Positions 38,217 to 51,628 are shown, numbered from the whole stretch's first letter. The stretch: 54,406 nt of DNA, filler included, from Basidioascus undulatus (GCA_000826855.1; 4 parts of 4 records of this genome joined end to end with filler, not necessarily neighbours in it), one strand, 5' to 3'. Notes: a model not told the origin generated them from the sequence alone. Program-made: numbers and translations.

Positions 38217-39945
38217 CTGTGGGAGATGCGCGGGCTTGGGGCGGTTAGCGAGGGAGGGAGCGGCGGGACGCACTTGTCTTGCGCTTGCACGAAGATGTGC
38301 AGATGCGGCTCGAAGGATGAGGACATGGTGGTGTTTGCGACGGAAGGGGCGAGCGGCGTGGAGGAAAGAGTGCGGACGAGGTCGGGAAACTGGCGGCGGG
38401 CCCTCGGTTTTCAATAAAGTAAACGCAAAGCTGGAACAAAAGGAAGGGACGCACCGAGACCCCGTACTTCCGCCCCATCTCGCGCTCAAACTCGACCGTC
38501 GCGCTCAGGCTCTCGAGCAGCAAGCTGACAGTCAAAGTTGGCGCCGCACGCTCGAGGACCGTGCGGAGGTCGTCGCTGTGTCCCCGACCAACACTTCCAG
38601 TTCCCAGCACGACAGAGAAGGAGGAAGAAGGCACATACCGCGTGATCCCTGCAAAGTGCACGACCAGCCGCTGCCCGACCGCCCATGACTCGGGCCACAC
38701 TTGTGCGGACGCCTGCTGGTCGTCGTGCGCCTTGAGGACGCGGCGGAACCATGCGAAGCGGCGGGGGAGGTTGTCGAGCTGGCCGGCCTGGGGAGGGGTG
38801 AGTGTGAGAGGGGGAAGGGGAGGAGGGACGAGGGAGGGGGATGCACGCACTTCGTCGGTTGGTCGGAAGATCCGGCGGTAGTCTCTTAGGAGGTGGGAGG
38901 TATACCAATCGACTACCTGTGTCCTGTTCTCTCCCCTCCCTCAGCTTCTTATTCCCCGCCTCTCCTCGCCAAGCCACGCACCTCGCGTCCTCCCCCAGCG
39001 CATCCACCACGCCCGCCGCGTCCCTGACCCTCCTCCTCTCGCGCTCCGCGCCCTCCTTCTCCGGCCCACCACCCACAAACGCCCTAAACTCCCCCAGGAC
39101 CTGCTCCCTCAGGCGGGCCTGCACGGCCTGGCACTCCCCCAAAACCTCTGCGATGCGCTCGACGCGCGCGAGGGGCTTAAAGTGCGCGCTCAGCTGGCGG
39201 ACGGCCTTGAGTGTTTCTGCGGCGGGGGCGTAGGACGCGGAGGCGGTCTCATGCGAGAGCTGGGTGGTCGCGTTCACTTCGGGGCGGGGCAGGGGGTGAG
39301 GGGGAGGGACAAGGAGGAGAGGAAGGGAGGAGGCAGGGGAACTGACCTAGCATCTGGAATCGCTTGAGCGCAAGCATGGATGTCCGCAGATTCGTCTTTG
39401 CGTTGTCGAGCGCCTTGATGTCCCGCGTCATCTCGCGCACGATCGCCTCGGACTCGGCGGCCTTTTCGCGGATGCGGGCGACTTGGGCGAGGAGCTCCTA
39501 CGATCCTCCGAGGACGCAGATCCCCCACGTCAGCATACGGGGTGGATTGGGGAAGATATTTAGAGAGGATTAGAGAGGATAAAGAGTGAATGGCCCACGC
39601 ACCGCAATCAACTCCTGCAAGACCTGCACTCGCTGCTCATCATGCTCCGCGGCGAGCTCGACCCTCAGCCGGCGCGTCTCGTCCTCGAGTTGGCGGAGGT
39701 GTGTGCGCAGCTTGGACTGCACAGCCTCGGCTTGGGATATGGATGATTCTGTTCCCAGTCCATCCCATCCCAACCGATAATTGGATCTGAATCAAACAGA
39801 GAAGGATGAGAGAATGTCGCTCACCGTCCGGGAGAAGCGCATTGATGACCTGCACCTGGTCGAACCCCGCGAGCGCATCGAGCGGGTCTGGCTGCAAGTC
39901 GAGTGCGCCCGTGATTTGCGATACAAGCTCCGGCGGCAGCGCCAT
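38217..39945 (-). CDS. VPS53: GARP complex subunit Vps53, N-terminal half only (3'-truncated)
   Basis: Clean splicing gives REKAAESEAIVREMTRDIKALDNAKTNL..SM.ALKRFQMLVNA, LRDYRRIFRPTDEAGQLDNLPRRFAWFRR and SSSFEPHLHIFVQAQD. After that the sequence becomes antisense HoxX. Confidence 0.85.
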
Positions 39946-40235
39946 CCTCTTCGATGTCGTCGTTGAGAACACCGTGTAGAGCGTTGGCAACGTCGCGGCG
40001 GCTTTCACGCGCTTATGCTGTCGACATACGCGTGAATCGCCAATCAATTATGTAATAACCAGGTTGACCCGGCTGGAAATACCCGGAAGCACCCGCCGAG
40101 AGCCGCACTCGAAACCCGTCCCTTGTCATCCGCCGTCTTCTTTGCGCACGACCATCATCACCTCGCTCTCCTAGTCTTATAAAAGCAGTCTACAAATCAC
40201 ACACTGGATTAAACGATACAGAATCAATAGTTGGC

Positions 40236-40793
40236 ATGTCTCTCGCGAGTGTGTTCGCAGGCCAGGGCAGCGCAGACTGCGGGCCCTCCTCCGCCCTCCA
40301 GCAGTTCTCCAAGCAAGTCGACCGCGACCGGGGCGCACAGCAGGATCGGTTCGTGCCACAGGCGGGGCCGTCCCAATGGGTGTGTATTCAAATCCCAGTA
40401 TCCTCCGTTTGGTCACATGCTCATCTCATTGTCCTCGAAGTCCTTCCGCACCACCACCCCCGCCGGACCAAGCACGCCCGACCCCACAGCCCAGCACTTC
40501 TTCTCGCCCTCTCTTCCCCATCCGCACGCTCTCCACCACCACCCACACCCCCACCACCCGCCACAGCCCTTCGACCTCTCCTCCCTCAGCCAGAGCCTCT
40601 CCCCGAGCCCGGCCCCAGACCTCGCCGCCGCCGCCGCCCCACCAGCAGCAGCTTGGGCGTCCGACTTTCTCTCCTCCCAGAAGCAGCACGCGGAGGGCCC
40701 CATCAGCAGGGACGAGGCGGCGCAGTTGGGGCGGATATTCGAGAGTGCGCAGGCCAGCGGGTTCAGGCAGGGTGAGTCGGAGATGCAAGGGAG
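40236..40793 (+). CDS. PEX5: Peroxisomal import receptor Pex5-type N-terminus, partial
   Basis: MSLASVFAGQGSADCGPSSALQQFSKQVDRDRGAQQDRF with the conserved N-terminal Cys, and a WASDF (WxxxF) motif. Divergent from VPS53; cut by the contig end. Confidence 0.78.
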
Positions 40794-40893
40794 NNNNNNN
40801 NNNNNNNNNNNNNNNNNNNNNNNNNNNNNNNNNNNNNTTAATTAATTAANNNNNNNNNNNNNNNNNNNNNNNNNNNNNNNNNNNNNNNNNNNN
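40794..40893. other. Artificial contig spacer
   Basis: N44-TTAATTAATTAA-N44. Confidence 0.98.
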
Positions 40894-41125
40894 CACCCCC
40901 ACCGCCCCTCCTAAACCCCGCCCTCCACGGGTGCCCAATTGGAATGACCGCCAGCGCCAGCACGACAACGAGCAGCACCAAGGCCGCGCGGAGCCCTGGG
41001 CCCGCGATCGTCCACCGGCGGACCTCGGGCTGGTCGGGATGCCCTAGCAGCGGCACGCGCGAGCGGGATGAGGAGCGATGGATAGTAGAGATTGCGGCGG
41101 AGGCGCGGGCGCCGGCGTTGGGCAT
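40894..41125 (-). CDS. 5' end of a probable type II membrane protein, partial
   Basis: MPNAGARAS...LRAALVLLVVVLALAVIPIG: a single TM segment running into the contig end. Confidence 0.4.
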
Positions 41126-41726
41126 ACTGGGTGCTGGGTGGGAGGAGGGGCTGCATCGTCCGTGTGACGAAGGATTAGGCAGACTGACTGGTGGAAGAGG
41201 AAGGGGCAACGCACGTGCACAGATCGGATCAGGAAGAGATCGGGGCCGTAGCAGGGGGTATGGATAGGTATTGAAGCGAGAGATGTGAGTGCGAAGGGAG
41301 AGAGTGAGATGGAAGAAAGAGAGAGCTGCAGTCTGCGTGAGGAGGTTGGTCATCCCCCTTAACTCTGTGTTGGCATCACCGAAGTACGGACGCCTTTTGG
41401 CCCCGTTAAACCCAGTCCGATTATCCTCCGTTGCTCGCGTATATGGCGTTTAACAAGATACAGAAATCAAAGCTTTGAATCGCAGGATACTCTGTGCTTG
41501 AACTCGGAACACAGAATTATCAAGTCCTGGCGCTGATAACGACGGCCTCCCCGCGTCAACGGCGTTCCCTTCGGCGCCGGCGGGCCGGGGCGCGACTGAA
41601 CGCGACACGACACGACACGACACGCTCCCCCTACCTCCAGCCCTCCAGCCCTCTAGCCTCCTTATCCCTTATCAACCTCAACCTCTCCCTCTCCTTTTCC
41701 CATTCCTCATACCCTCACAGAACGGA

Positions 41727-44243
41727 ATGGCGACCGCCAACGCCCCCACAACGCTGGACGAGCTCAAATCCCTTCTCCAGCATGATACCAAGGTCAAAGT
41801 GGCCGGTGCGTGCTCTGCCTTCTTCTTGCCCCTCAGTCGCTTATCGCGGGGGTGGGGCAGGTATCGACGGTATGCTGACTGCAGTCAAAGGAGGGAGAGA
41901 AAGCGAAAGAGGATGGTGCTGATGTGGTGAACGGGAGACGGCAGTCGATGGTGTCCTCCGCGGAAAGATCATGAGCAAGTCCAAGTTCCTGAGCGCTGTC
42001 AAGGGCGATGTGCGTCCCTCGTTGTTGGGATGGATGGGACAAGGTAGGGGACTGATTGGCGTGGGTGGGTGGAAAGGGCTTCGGCTTCTGCTCCGTCATT
42101 TTCGGGTGGGACGGCTTCAACGACGAGACGTACTATCGCGAGCTGCTCATGTCCGTCCCTGCCTTCCCTCCTCTCTTGCCACCCTTTCCCACCCTCTTCC
42201 CCTTCCCCCACTTCACCTTCTCCCCTCGCCCTCTTCCCCCTCTCAAATCGCTCACGCTCCCCCGCAGTTCTAACGCTGCCAACGGCTACCGCGACATCCT
42301 CGCGTCCATCGACCTCCAGACCTACCGACGGATCCCCTGGGAGGACAACCTCCCCTTCTTCCTCCTCTCCTTCCTCGACCCCGACACGCGCGAGCCCATC
42401 CCCGTCTGCCCGCGTGGGACGCTGAGCCGCGTGCTGCAGCGCGCCAGGGAACTGGGCGGGTGGGAGCCGATGGCGGGGGCGGAGTACGAGGTGGGTCCCC
42501 CTCTTCCCGCCTACCTTCCTTCCTCATACCTTGACACCCTTCCCCCTTCCCCTTTTACTTTCTCTCCTCTGCATCTCGTACTTTTCTCCTTCCGGGGAAA
42601 GAAGGTGGACTGACAGGTGGTGATGACGCCCAGTATTTCCAATTCCGCGAAACCGCCTCCTCCCTCGCGTCCAAGTCCTTCTCGCCCGCGGCGCTCGAGC
42701 CACTCACGCCGGGGATGCACGGCTACTCGCTCATCCGGCCGCACCTCAACCAGGCGTACTTCCACGCGCTGTTTGATCGTGCGCTCGAGTTTGGGATTGA
42801 TGTTGAGGGACACCGTGCGTCCTCCCTCACCCCTTCCCACCACACTTCCTGCCTTCTTCCTGCTCCCGCTTGCTTTCTCTCTACCTTTCTCTCCTCCTCT
42901 TCTCCCTGCTCCCTTCTCCCTGATCTCCTCAGGTGGCGGATCATGGAAGGCTGATTGAAGTCGCATGGGGGTTGGATCAGACACCGAGACCGGCCCGGGC
43001 GTCTTCGAGACCGCCCTGGCGTACACGTCCGCGCTGCGGATGGCGGACAACGCGATCCTGTTCAAGTACCTCGCCAAGTGTGTGGGCATGGAGCACGGCG
43101 TGCTCCCGAGCTTCATGGCGAAGCCGCATGAGGGGCTGCCGGGGTGCTCGGGGTGCGTTCTGCGTCTTCCTCAATCCCCCCTCCCTCTCTCTCTGTCACT
43201 TTGTCCTTTCGGAGTAGAGTAGTAGAGACGCAGCGCAGGGCAGACGCTAATGAAAGGAAGGGGACGGATCCAGACATATCCACGTCTCCCTCCGCGACCC
43301 ATCCACAGGGCGCAACATCTTCGCCCCGCGGGATGAGGACGTGAAGAGCGGGAAGGGCCGCGAGGGGGCGCAGTATGATGACGTTCGGTGTGTCTTTCTA
43401 CCTTCTCCTCCTCTCCTCTCCTCAGGCGAAGGTGGGATGGCAAAGCTGACTCGTGGACGGGGCCGAGTAAGGTTCATCTCCCAGGAGGCGGAATGGTTCT
43501 TGGCGGGACTGCTGGAGGGGCTGGCGGACGGTGCGTCGGATGAAGAAAGAAGCAAGAGGCAAGAAGGAAGAGGAACGTGCTGATTGTGGTGGAGGGGAGA
43601 TCAGTCGTGCCTTGCTTTGCACCGACTATCAACAGCTACAAGCGGCTTGTGGCGGGGGAGGTGCGTTGAGCGCGTTGGAGATGGTGTTGAAGAACGAATG
43701 GGCGATAGGACGCTGACGCATTCCGTCCTTCTCTTCTCTCTGCCCACCATCAGAGTATGTGGGCCCCCAACCGCTCGTCCTACGGGTATGATTCCCGGTC
43801 CGTCTCGATCCGGATCATCTCGCCTCCCTCGGTACCCCCCTCCGCCACGCGCTTCGAGGTCCGCGTCCCGGGTGCAGACGTACAACCCTATTTTGCGCTC
43901 TCCGCGATCTTCGCGCTCGGCCTAGACGGGATCGCCCGCAAACTACCCCTCCCGCACGCGCCGGGCCGGGAGCCGGCGAAGGGGCTCGCGACGAGCTTGG
44001 GGGAGGCGACGAGGGATATGGGACGCCAGGGGAGCGCTGCGAGGCGGGTACTGGGACAGGAGTGGACGGATCACTTTGTGGGGACGAGGGAACATGAGGT
44101 GCGGAAGTGGGAGAGCGCGGTTACGGATTGGGAGCGTACGTGCTTGTTCTTCATACCCCTCCACCCCTTAGCTCGGAAGGGACGCTGCGTTGACTGACTT
44201 GGAGGTTGGGCGAGCAGTGCGCAGGTATATGGAACTTGCGTGA
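41727..44243 (+). CDS. Glutamine synthetase-like protein (GSI/FluG-C-type catalytic domain)
   Basis: KVKVAGIDVDGVLRGK, GFGFCSVIFGWD, GAEYEYFQF, EGHHTETGPGVFE, FMAKPHEGLPGCSGHIHVSL, APTINSYKRL, FEVRVPGAD and VTDWELRRYMELA*. Eleven introns, with a 9-nt micro-exon. Confidence 0.92.
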
Positions 44244-46832
44244 AGGGTGGAGGCGCTGCGAGGGGAGGACGAGAACGATTTAAGGAGATGGGCGCGGCGA
44301 TAGGGGTGGGGGAGAGACGGTGCTTACTTTGCTTTGCGGTTAGAGGCGTGGGATGCTCGGGGGCTATTGAGCGATTGAATGGACACTTTGATGATGATGA
44401 TGAGATTAAGCGCAAGGTTGGGGGCTGGTTGCCTCATGAAAACTGGATGTCGACGGCGAGAGCGAGAGCGGCTAGGTAGCGACACAGCTGAGCTGTTGAC
44501 AACACGGGGAACTGGAGGATTCCACAGCAGTAGAGATAGTGGCTTTCTTATTCTTGGCCACTTGTGCTTCGAAGATCCAAGATCTGAACGTGAGGGGTAG
44601 CAGCCTTTGGCATGTAGCGGGTGTGTGTGAGTGTCAGGTGAACGTGGACAGCTTCTCGGCCGTGCCAGCTGAGCTCTGTAAGTGCAGCCTGAACACACAC
44701 GCTGTCGTTTTATCTCGTCTTATGCGAACGGGGCCCCTTAGTATAACGATGTGTAGATGATGGGCCGAGAACGGACGGGTTTCTGAAATTCATACCGTTG
44801 GAGGCACGAGAGGAGGGCAGTCTCGCCCCCATTCAAGGCGTTCCAGGGGGAAGGGCAGTTGAGACTCTTAAAATCGTTTGTCTGGTATACTCGGGCCCTC
44901 GTCTGGAGATGGATATCTGGCCCGGATGAAGTGTTGATTGAGAAAGAATAATGCCGTCTCGAAGTACGCAGATCGCAGGCAACTCAAGGCACAGTCCTTT
45001 CCGACCTGACTTCCACACCCACGATCATTGAGCTGCTTGCGTGTGCCCGCAGAGCACCATTACAAAAAATTCTCGGTCACCAGATACGCTGCAGTTTCTC
45101 TCGCCGGCGACCCCACGCCCTACGTCGTATTCGTCGGCGACCTTCTCGTCGACTTCGACAACACGGAGCGCGTCCGACGCTTGCGCCAAGTCCAATGGCA
45201 TCTTAGGGTGGCTCTTCCCAGGGAGTCGTAGTAGATCAAAGAAAGCGCACACACAAGAGCGTGGCGGGGAGTCTGGTGGAGAATGAAAGAACGCCTGTCG
45301 CAGCCGTTCGCGGTGTCTTGGTCAAGGCGGCGGAAGAGGACTTACCGGGGCCTCTTTTATCGACATTCCGTCTCTCCAAAGTGAGATTTATTCCCTTAGA
45401 GATATTCTCTGGTCATAAAAGGTTCTCAATGAATGGAACGATGTTGTCGTTGACAGTGAAACTCGGTACGAGTGACATTCCGGCGCGGTATCGGCGCCGA
45501 GATCGCACCGCATGGCCGCCACCAGTTTCTTCTTTTCCAGCTGCACTACGAGGGACCGCCATTCGTCCTCCCAACAACTCACGACGGAACCACTGGCCAC
45601 TGTACCGGCCAACATTATCCCGGAGATCCCCTGCTTCTCCGACACTCCTCCCTCTCCCGCTCGCCTTCTCTATACGCCCGACTCGCTCACGCCGCCCCGC
45701 CACCCCTCACCCTCAGCGGAAAGCGCTGGGACCAAGCGCGACCAAGAACATGTTCCTGAAGATTTGGCGTAGCATTTCCAAGCGATCTGATGTGGCAGAG
45801 AGCCCGTGATCTCAGTGTCACTTCGATCACGCTTTGAACGTCCAGTTTTCGGTTGATCTCTTGAATAAGTACGATCCGGAGCATTCGGAGTCTCTTCCGC
45901 CGGAGCTGCAGGACTTTAATCGGGATCATAGGAACTCGAATGGCCACCGTTGACGTTGGGGTACTTGGCTGAGGAGTGCAATGGTGTCTTACGACCGCTC
46001 GGTGCTGGTACTAGTGCCGTTAAGGACGCGGAAGGAATGTTAGTACAGAGTGACTAGCCACCGCGTTTGATGTCTTATGCTACGATGTGGTTTTGGATGA
46101 TTGAAGCCGTCCACAGGCAGCCGGCCCCAAGGTATCCCTCCAGGCGACAACCCACGGCTAGTTCCCGGTGTATAGCTTGGCACCGCGCCGTAAAGGAAGG
46201 ACTACCCCCAGTATCACTCACGAGTCTAGGGACAATCTTGGAATTTTGTTCTCAAAATTGGAATTAAAGTGGCCAGGTGAAGAAACGGTTCAGGAAACGG
46301 TCAACTTAGCCGTCCCCTTGGAAAGGCCACAATCGGCAGATCAATAGCACCGGCTGCACAATTTACTCCTTACCGCCCGCACCTCTTCAGCAAGTCCGAG
46401 TCCGCTAGTCTATCCCTGACGGCGGATGCGCTGGAAGATAAAGTATTTCTCATCTTGGCCCATCTACTCCGAAACGAAGCGGCAGGACCGAAAGGTGAGC
46501 GGTCGCCGCGCCTTATTCTCTGTCCCTACAAAGCCTGCTTACCTCCTTGACTGTTGCGGACACAGCGCGGAAATGGTGCCGCCGGAGCGAGCGCAGGAGC
46601 TGGGGGCAGTGGGCGAGGGGGTGGTGGTTGTTGATCGGACGTTAATTAAAAACGAAGGCACTGTCACGGAAGACGCGATGTGATAACAAATACCTACTGT
46701 ACAGCGAAGGTAGCGGCTTGTAGCAACCTTCCTGTCTGATGTTTCCATCGTGATCTGGATATGTACCCTCGGAACCGTGAGCGCCAGCAGTTCTCTCAGA
46801 GAGTCATTCCGGATTGCGAAACCATATAGCAT

Positions 46833-47882
46833 TTATTTCCCACCAGCTTGAATTAAAGATGCTAAGCGGGTATTCATCGCTCGCATCGACTGCAAGAGCT
46901 CGGTAGCTTTCTCATCGTCCCATCCCTCGCGAGCCTCGCATTGCGCCTCCTCTGAGCTCGGAGCGCTCGCCAATGTCGCCGACGTTTCCGAAGGCAAATA
47001 GGGCCGAGGTGAAGTTCCAGGATCGATGGATATGGGAGAAAACAGTCGTGGGCGTGGGCTTCGGGGCACGACTGGCGAGCTCGAATGAGATCCTTCGACG
47101 GGCGATGGGTCCTCCGAGGTTACGGGAGGATCCGAAGCTGGTTTGGGGCGGGATGTGCGAAACGCGAAAGCAACTGGAGAGCGCGACGAAGGCAATTCAT
47201 ATTGCATGGGAGGCGATGGCGGACGAGTAACCCGTCCCCGTTTCGAAGGTGGCGGTTCGATAGAGGCATGCGTACTCTCTAAGTTCGAAGATGCCGATGC
47301 ACGATGAGTCGGACGATCATTCGAATCTCGAGATTGGTCGGACGCGATAAGTTCCGGGCAGAGGGCATGATTTGATCGAAGCGTCCGCGCGTCCGCGGGT
47401 CAAGAACCGATCCATCTTCTCCCTGGACTGCGTGCGCTCCGCAACGCTCAGCTCCAGAAGGGGCGTGCGCGGGAAGAGCCTGCGCTTCGTATGCTGCAGG
47501 GCCCGTTGGGCGATGTCCAGCTCCACCTCGGCGTTCACTCGGTCGCCGTGCACAATACCGGTTATCGGAGAGGCAACGTTTACTCGCGTGATTTTGATGA
47601 TCCACGCAGCCCTCTGGCGCGGTCGAAGCTCTCGCATATGGTCGAGCGCGATCTGGGCGTCAAGGGGGGAAGCGAAGACGATGAGGACCTTGAAGCGATC
47701 GGGAAAGTGCGAACTCAGTGGGCAATCATTACAATAGAACGTACGCTGGAAGGTTCGTGTCTGAATACGCTTCGACAACGTCCGCAACACGGCATTGTAG
47801 GGGAATGTCGAGAATAATGAGTGCAGAGCCCCAAGACAGGCAGGCGGGATCGATGCGGTAAGGGTATGTGGAAGCGCTCATG
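46833..47882 (-). other. Hypothetical or degenerate gene with an RRM-like segment
   Basis: Segments IILDIPLQCRVADVVEAY and VLIVFASPLDAQIALDHM plus a Ser/Pro-rich ORF at 46833-47207. They could not be joined cleanly. Confidence 0.25.
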
Positions 47883-48287
47883 GCAGAGAATCTAGAGGCG
47901 AGTGGCGATAAATCGACTGTGTCAGCGTAGGAAGGTCAAGGAGACGATGTTGAGGAGGAGAGAAGGGTGGGATCGAAGCGACACCAACGTCCGCAGCTGG
48001 TCGGACGGTTGTAATCTAAATTAAATGGCGCAACTCAAACGACAGACGTAGCCTTCGCCCACTTTGCAAAGCGTTAGTTCACATATCCTCGGCCTTGTAA
48101 AGGGAAACAGGTTCATTCTGCCAGGCGAGAGCGCAGTTCACTTCCTCAGGATTAAGATCAAGCTCAATGTTTTACCATCAAACATATTCTCAAAAGCCCG
48201 GGCTGCAACCTTTGACTGACAAGCGATAAAAATTCAAGTTCGCATGCACCAGCGATCCAAGCAGTGTATTTCCTCCTCGCGAGCAAG

Positions 48288-51200
48288 CTACTGCGCCCCT
48301 CCTCCGCCAGTCGGGAAGACCGCAAAATCCGTATCCGTTTGCAGCTGCTGCAAGAATGTATTCCAATCTGCACTCTGTGTTCCGCAAATCCCATCAGCCA
48401 GTGCTCGACCACACCGCAGTCAAGAGAGCGACTCACATTCGCGTCCAAATTGGTCGCCTGCGCCCAGATCGGCTCGAGGTCGAGGAAGCCCAGGTCCATA
48501 GGCTCAGAGGACGCGAGCGCCTGCTCGAGCGCCGCCATAGGGGAATCGGCATCCACGCCTGCCGCGGCTACCGTCGTCGTGGGTGGCGCCGGGTACGCAG
48601 CGTTCGCGAGCGCCTGGATATCCGCGGGGACCTGCATCTGGGGCAGCTGTGCAGGGTGAGGCAGCTGTTGCTCGGACCGGTTGACAAGTCGCGTCGAAGC
48701 GCCTATCAGGCCGGACAGGTCCTCCTCCGTGTCCGCGACAGCGCCCCCGGCGGAGCGGAGGCGCTGCTCGGCGCGGGAGGCGAGCCCGCGGAGGATGCGC
48801 AGGCCTTGCTCGGCACGCTCGCCTTGCGCGTGCGCGAACAGCTCACATGCGGATTGGAGGTCCCGGTAGGCGAGCGGAGCGAGCGTGCAGGTTGGAGAGC
48901 GGATGATAAGGACGGCTTGGCACGCTGCGGCAGAGAAGGAGTGGAAGAGGAAGTGCCAGGTTCTGGTGGAATGGCGATCTCATCAATAAATGTGTCAGCG
49001 GTACAGGTGTAACGTTGTGTACCGGCTGGTGATGGCTGTATCGTCAAGTGGGTGGGTTAGCCATCTAGAGGAACTGAGTCTGGGGTCGACAAGACGACGC
49101 ACCGGGATGTTTCACGAAGATGCCGCGCGCGATATTGATCATCGCGCGAGATGCTTCAGTTGCGGCAATCACGCTGTGCGCGTACTTGTGCTGCAGCGGG
49201 TTATGCGGGTTATCGTTCAACGCGCGGGCGAAGGACCCGCGGTGCAGGTGGAGGAAAGTTTCGAAGCTGACCTCGCGCAGGTCGGGTCAGTGCCTGCGGT
49301 ATATAGACAGAGGTGAGGACGACATAGCGCACATCATATTTCCGATGGAGTGGACTGTTCCCCGGTCGAGTGGAGGTCAGTTCGGCGAGCAAGAGTAAGC
49401 AGGGGCTCGGCGAGCGCAAAAACGCACTCTGAATGTCCTGACAGAACTGCCACCCCCCACTCTGCACTTCATGGTCCGGCGGCGTCTTCGCAAAGTCCAG
49501 CGGGACCCCAACGCTCGTACAAAGCATCCACCTCGGCAGGCGCCGGTACCACTTGCGGATCTCGCTGTCGAGGCGGAGGATGGCTGCGTACGACGGCGGG
49601 GACGCGCTGAACGCGCCGTCGATGACCGCGCCGAGGAGGGGTACGAACGAGAACTTGTGGTGGTGGAATGCGAGGGGGTGGTATGTTTGGGAGGCGGTGG
49701 GTGGGTCGGGAAGCGGAGGGACGGCGAGGGTAAGTGGGGGCGCTGGGGACTGCGAGAAGGAGGGGAGGGCGCAGTCGTCTGCACGTGAAGTGTCAGCCGG
49801 CAGAAGTACAAGGGAAAGACGAGGGCGGGAACGGACAGTGGATGCCGGATACTGCGGATTAGGCGGACTGTCAGCAGGCTGCGAAGAAGACGCTCAGTCG
49901 GACAAACGCACATGCGTAAGGTCGGCCGAAGCAAAACGATTGCTGCGTCGACGCGAGTTTCCAATAAGATTTAAGCCCAAATATCCCGCTTCAGTAGCGC
50001 ATTTGACTCACCAATCGATCGTGCATATTCGTCTCCCAAAAGACTCTCCTCCGCTCCTCCAACTCCTCCTCATCCAATCCCCACCGACTCCCATCCCGAT
50101 GCAGCCCCATCTGTTCGCCCATTCCTCAGCCCAAATCAGCCATCTTCATCCTTCCCTCACCTCGTACCTCCTCCAACAGCAAAACTCACAGCCTGCATCG
50201 TCCTCATCGCATGGCCAAGCATAGCCCAGCACCTATCCCCTCCACCCTGTGCGTTCCAGTTGATTGCATAGTTCGCCATGAGCTGCAGCGCCTGGACGCC
50301 GGGGAGGGTGTCGACGTTCCACAGGCCCGCGGGCAGCGCCGCGAGCGCGTTCTGGTGGAACGACTCGGCGCGCGCCTTCGCCGCGGGGATGGGGAGGGAG
50401 AGGTCGAAGAGCGTGCCGAGCGCGAGGACCATGAAGACGAGGGCGAAGTGGTGCGGGTGTGGAGGGCGCGCGGTAGAGGTGGGGTGCCCGTAGACGGAGG
50501 GGAGGCGAGAGGCGAAGAAGGGCTGACTGTAGACGGTTTCGTACCTATTGCGTGCGAGGTCAGCGAACAGAGCGTTACAACGGGAACTGGTGTAACATGA
50601 ATGCACATGTAGGTCATCTTGTCAAAGTACATCTCGGCATAATGGTGCGCTTCGGTCTCGGGAGGGAGGAGCGAGCGGAGGTGGAGGACGAGCGCGGCGT
50701 GCTCGTCGGGCGCGGGGTTGGTCGCGGACGGGGACGGCTCGGACATGCCCATGAAGGAAGCGTAAGGATCGAAGACGCCCGGCGGGGATGGTGCCGAGCC
50801 ATTGGGGGATGCGGTATTCGCCTAAACGCCGCCCGAGTTTCAGCCCAGCTCGACGTCGTTGCCCAGCCAGGAAAGAAGACGCACCTCACCGCCATGCCAC
50901 TTCTCGTCTCCGTCCGCCTGCGCAAGGTACACGCTCCCCGCGCTCGCGCCGATGTACCGGCTCCTTCCCTGCTCGTCGATGACGAGCGTCCCGAACGCCC
51001 GCGTCAACTCCTCGTCCTCCACCTTGACCTGCTGGTGCCCTCCGGCGTCCTGCCCATCCGCCTGCCCCTCCCCCGGCGGCTGCCCCTCGTCCTGCCCGTG
51101 CTCCTGCGCTTGCGCCTGCGCCTGAGCAGTCGCAGCAGCAAGCGCTTCCTCAAGCTCCCGGATGCGCTTCCGCATCGACGCGTCCCGCTGGAGGAGCGCC

Positions 51201-51628
51201 GCGACTTCGCCGCGCGAGCCCTCGCCCTCGCCGGATGGGAGCGACTGGTTCAGGCGAGAGAGGAAACCGCGTGTGCCTTTCTCGAGCGTTCCATCCGGGC
51301 AGATCGAGCCGCAGCCGCGCCGGATGCAGGAAGAGCAGGGCCAGACTGCCGGTAAAGGACTACGTCAGGACGTTAGAGGTCTGGGAGAGCGAGCGCGGTG
51401 CGCACTTTTGTCGCACTTGAGCTTGAGACGCCGACATTCAGCGCACGAGCCCGCCACCCTCCGACGTCGCTTCTTGGAATCTGCATTGTCGTCGGGCGGG
51501 GTGTCCGTGGTGCTGGCGGAAGGTGCGAAAGGTGGGGCGGGGGCAGGGGCCGAGGAGCTGCTGCCCACGGGGAATGTGGATGGCCCCGCAGCCGCGTTAG
51601 AGTCGGGCGTGAAGGTGAAGTCCGACAT
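48288..51628 (-). CDS. Zn(II)2Cys6 fungal transcription factor with Fungal_trans domain
   Basis: SCAECRRLKLKCDKIWPCSSCIRRGCGSIC, FGTLVIDEQGRSRYIGASAG, MGLHRDG..WGL..EE.EERRRVFWE and FGRPY. The last exon ends ...FAVFPTGGGGAQ*. Confidence 0.92.

Noticed and set aside
41727..44243. GS-like gene as a member of the downstream cluster
   Set aside because: It is separated by about 4 kb of poorly coding DNA and I saw no shared promoter motif; there is no positive evidence.
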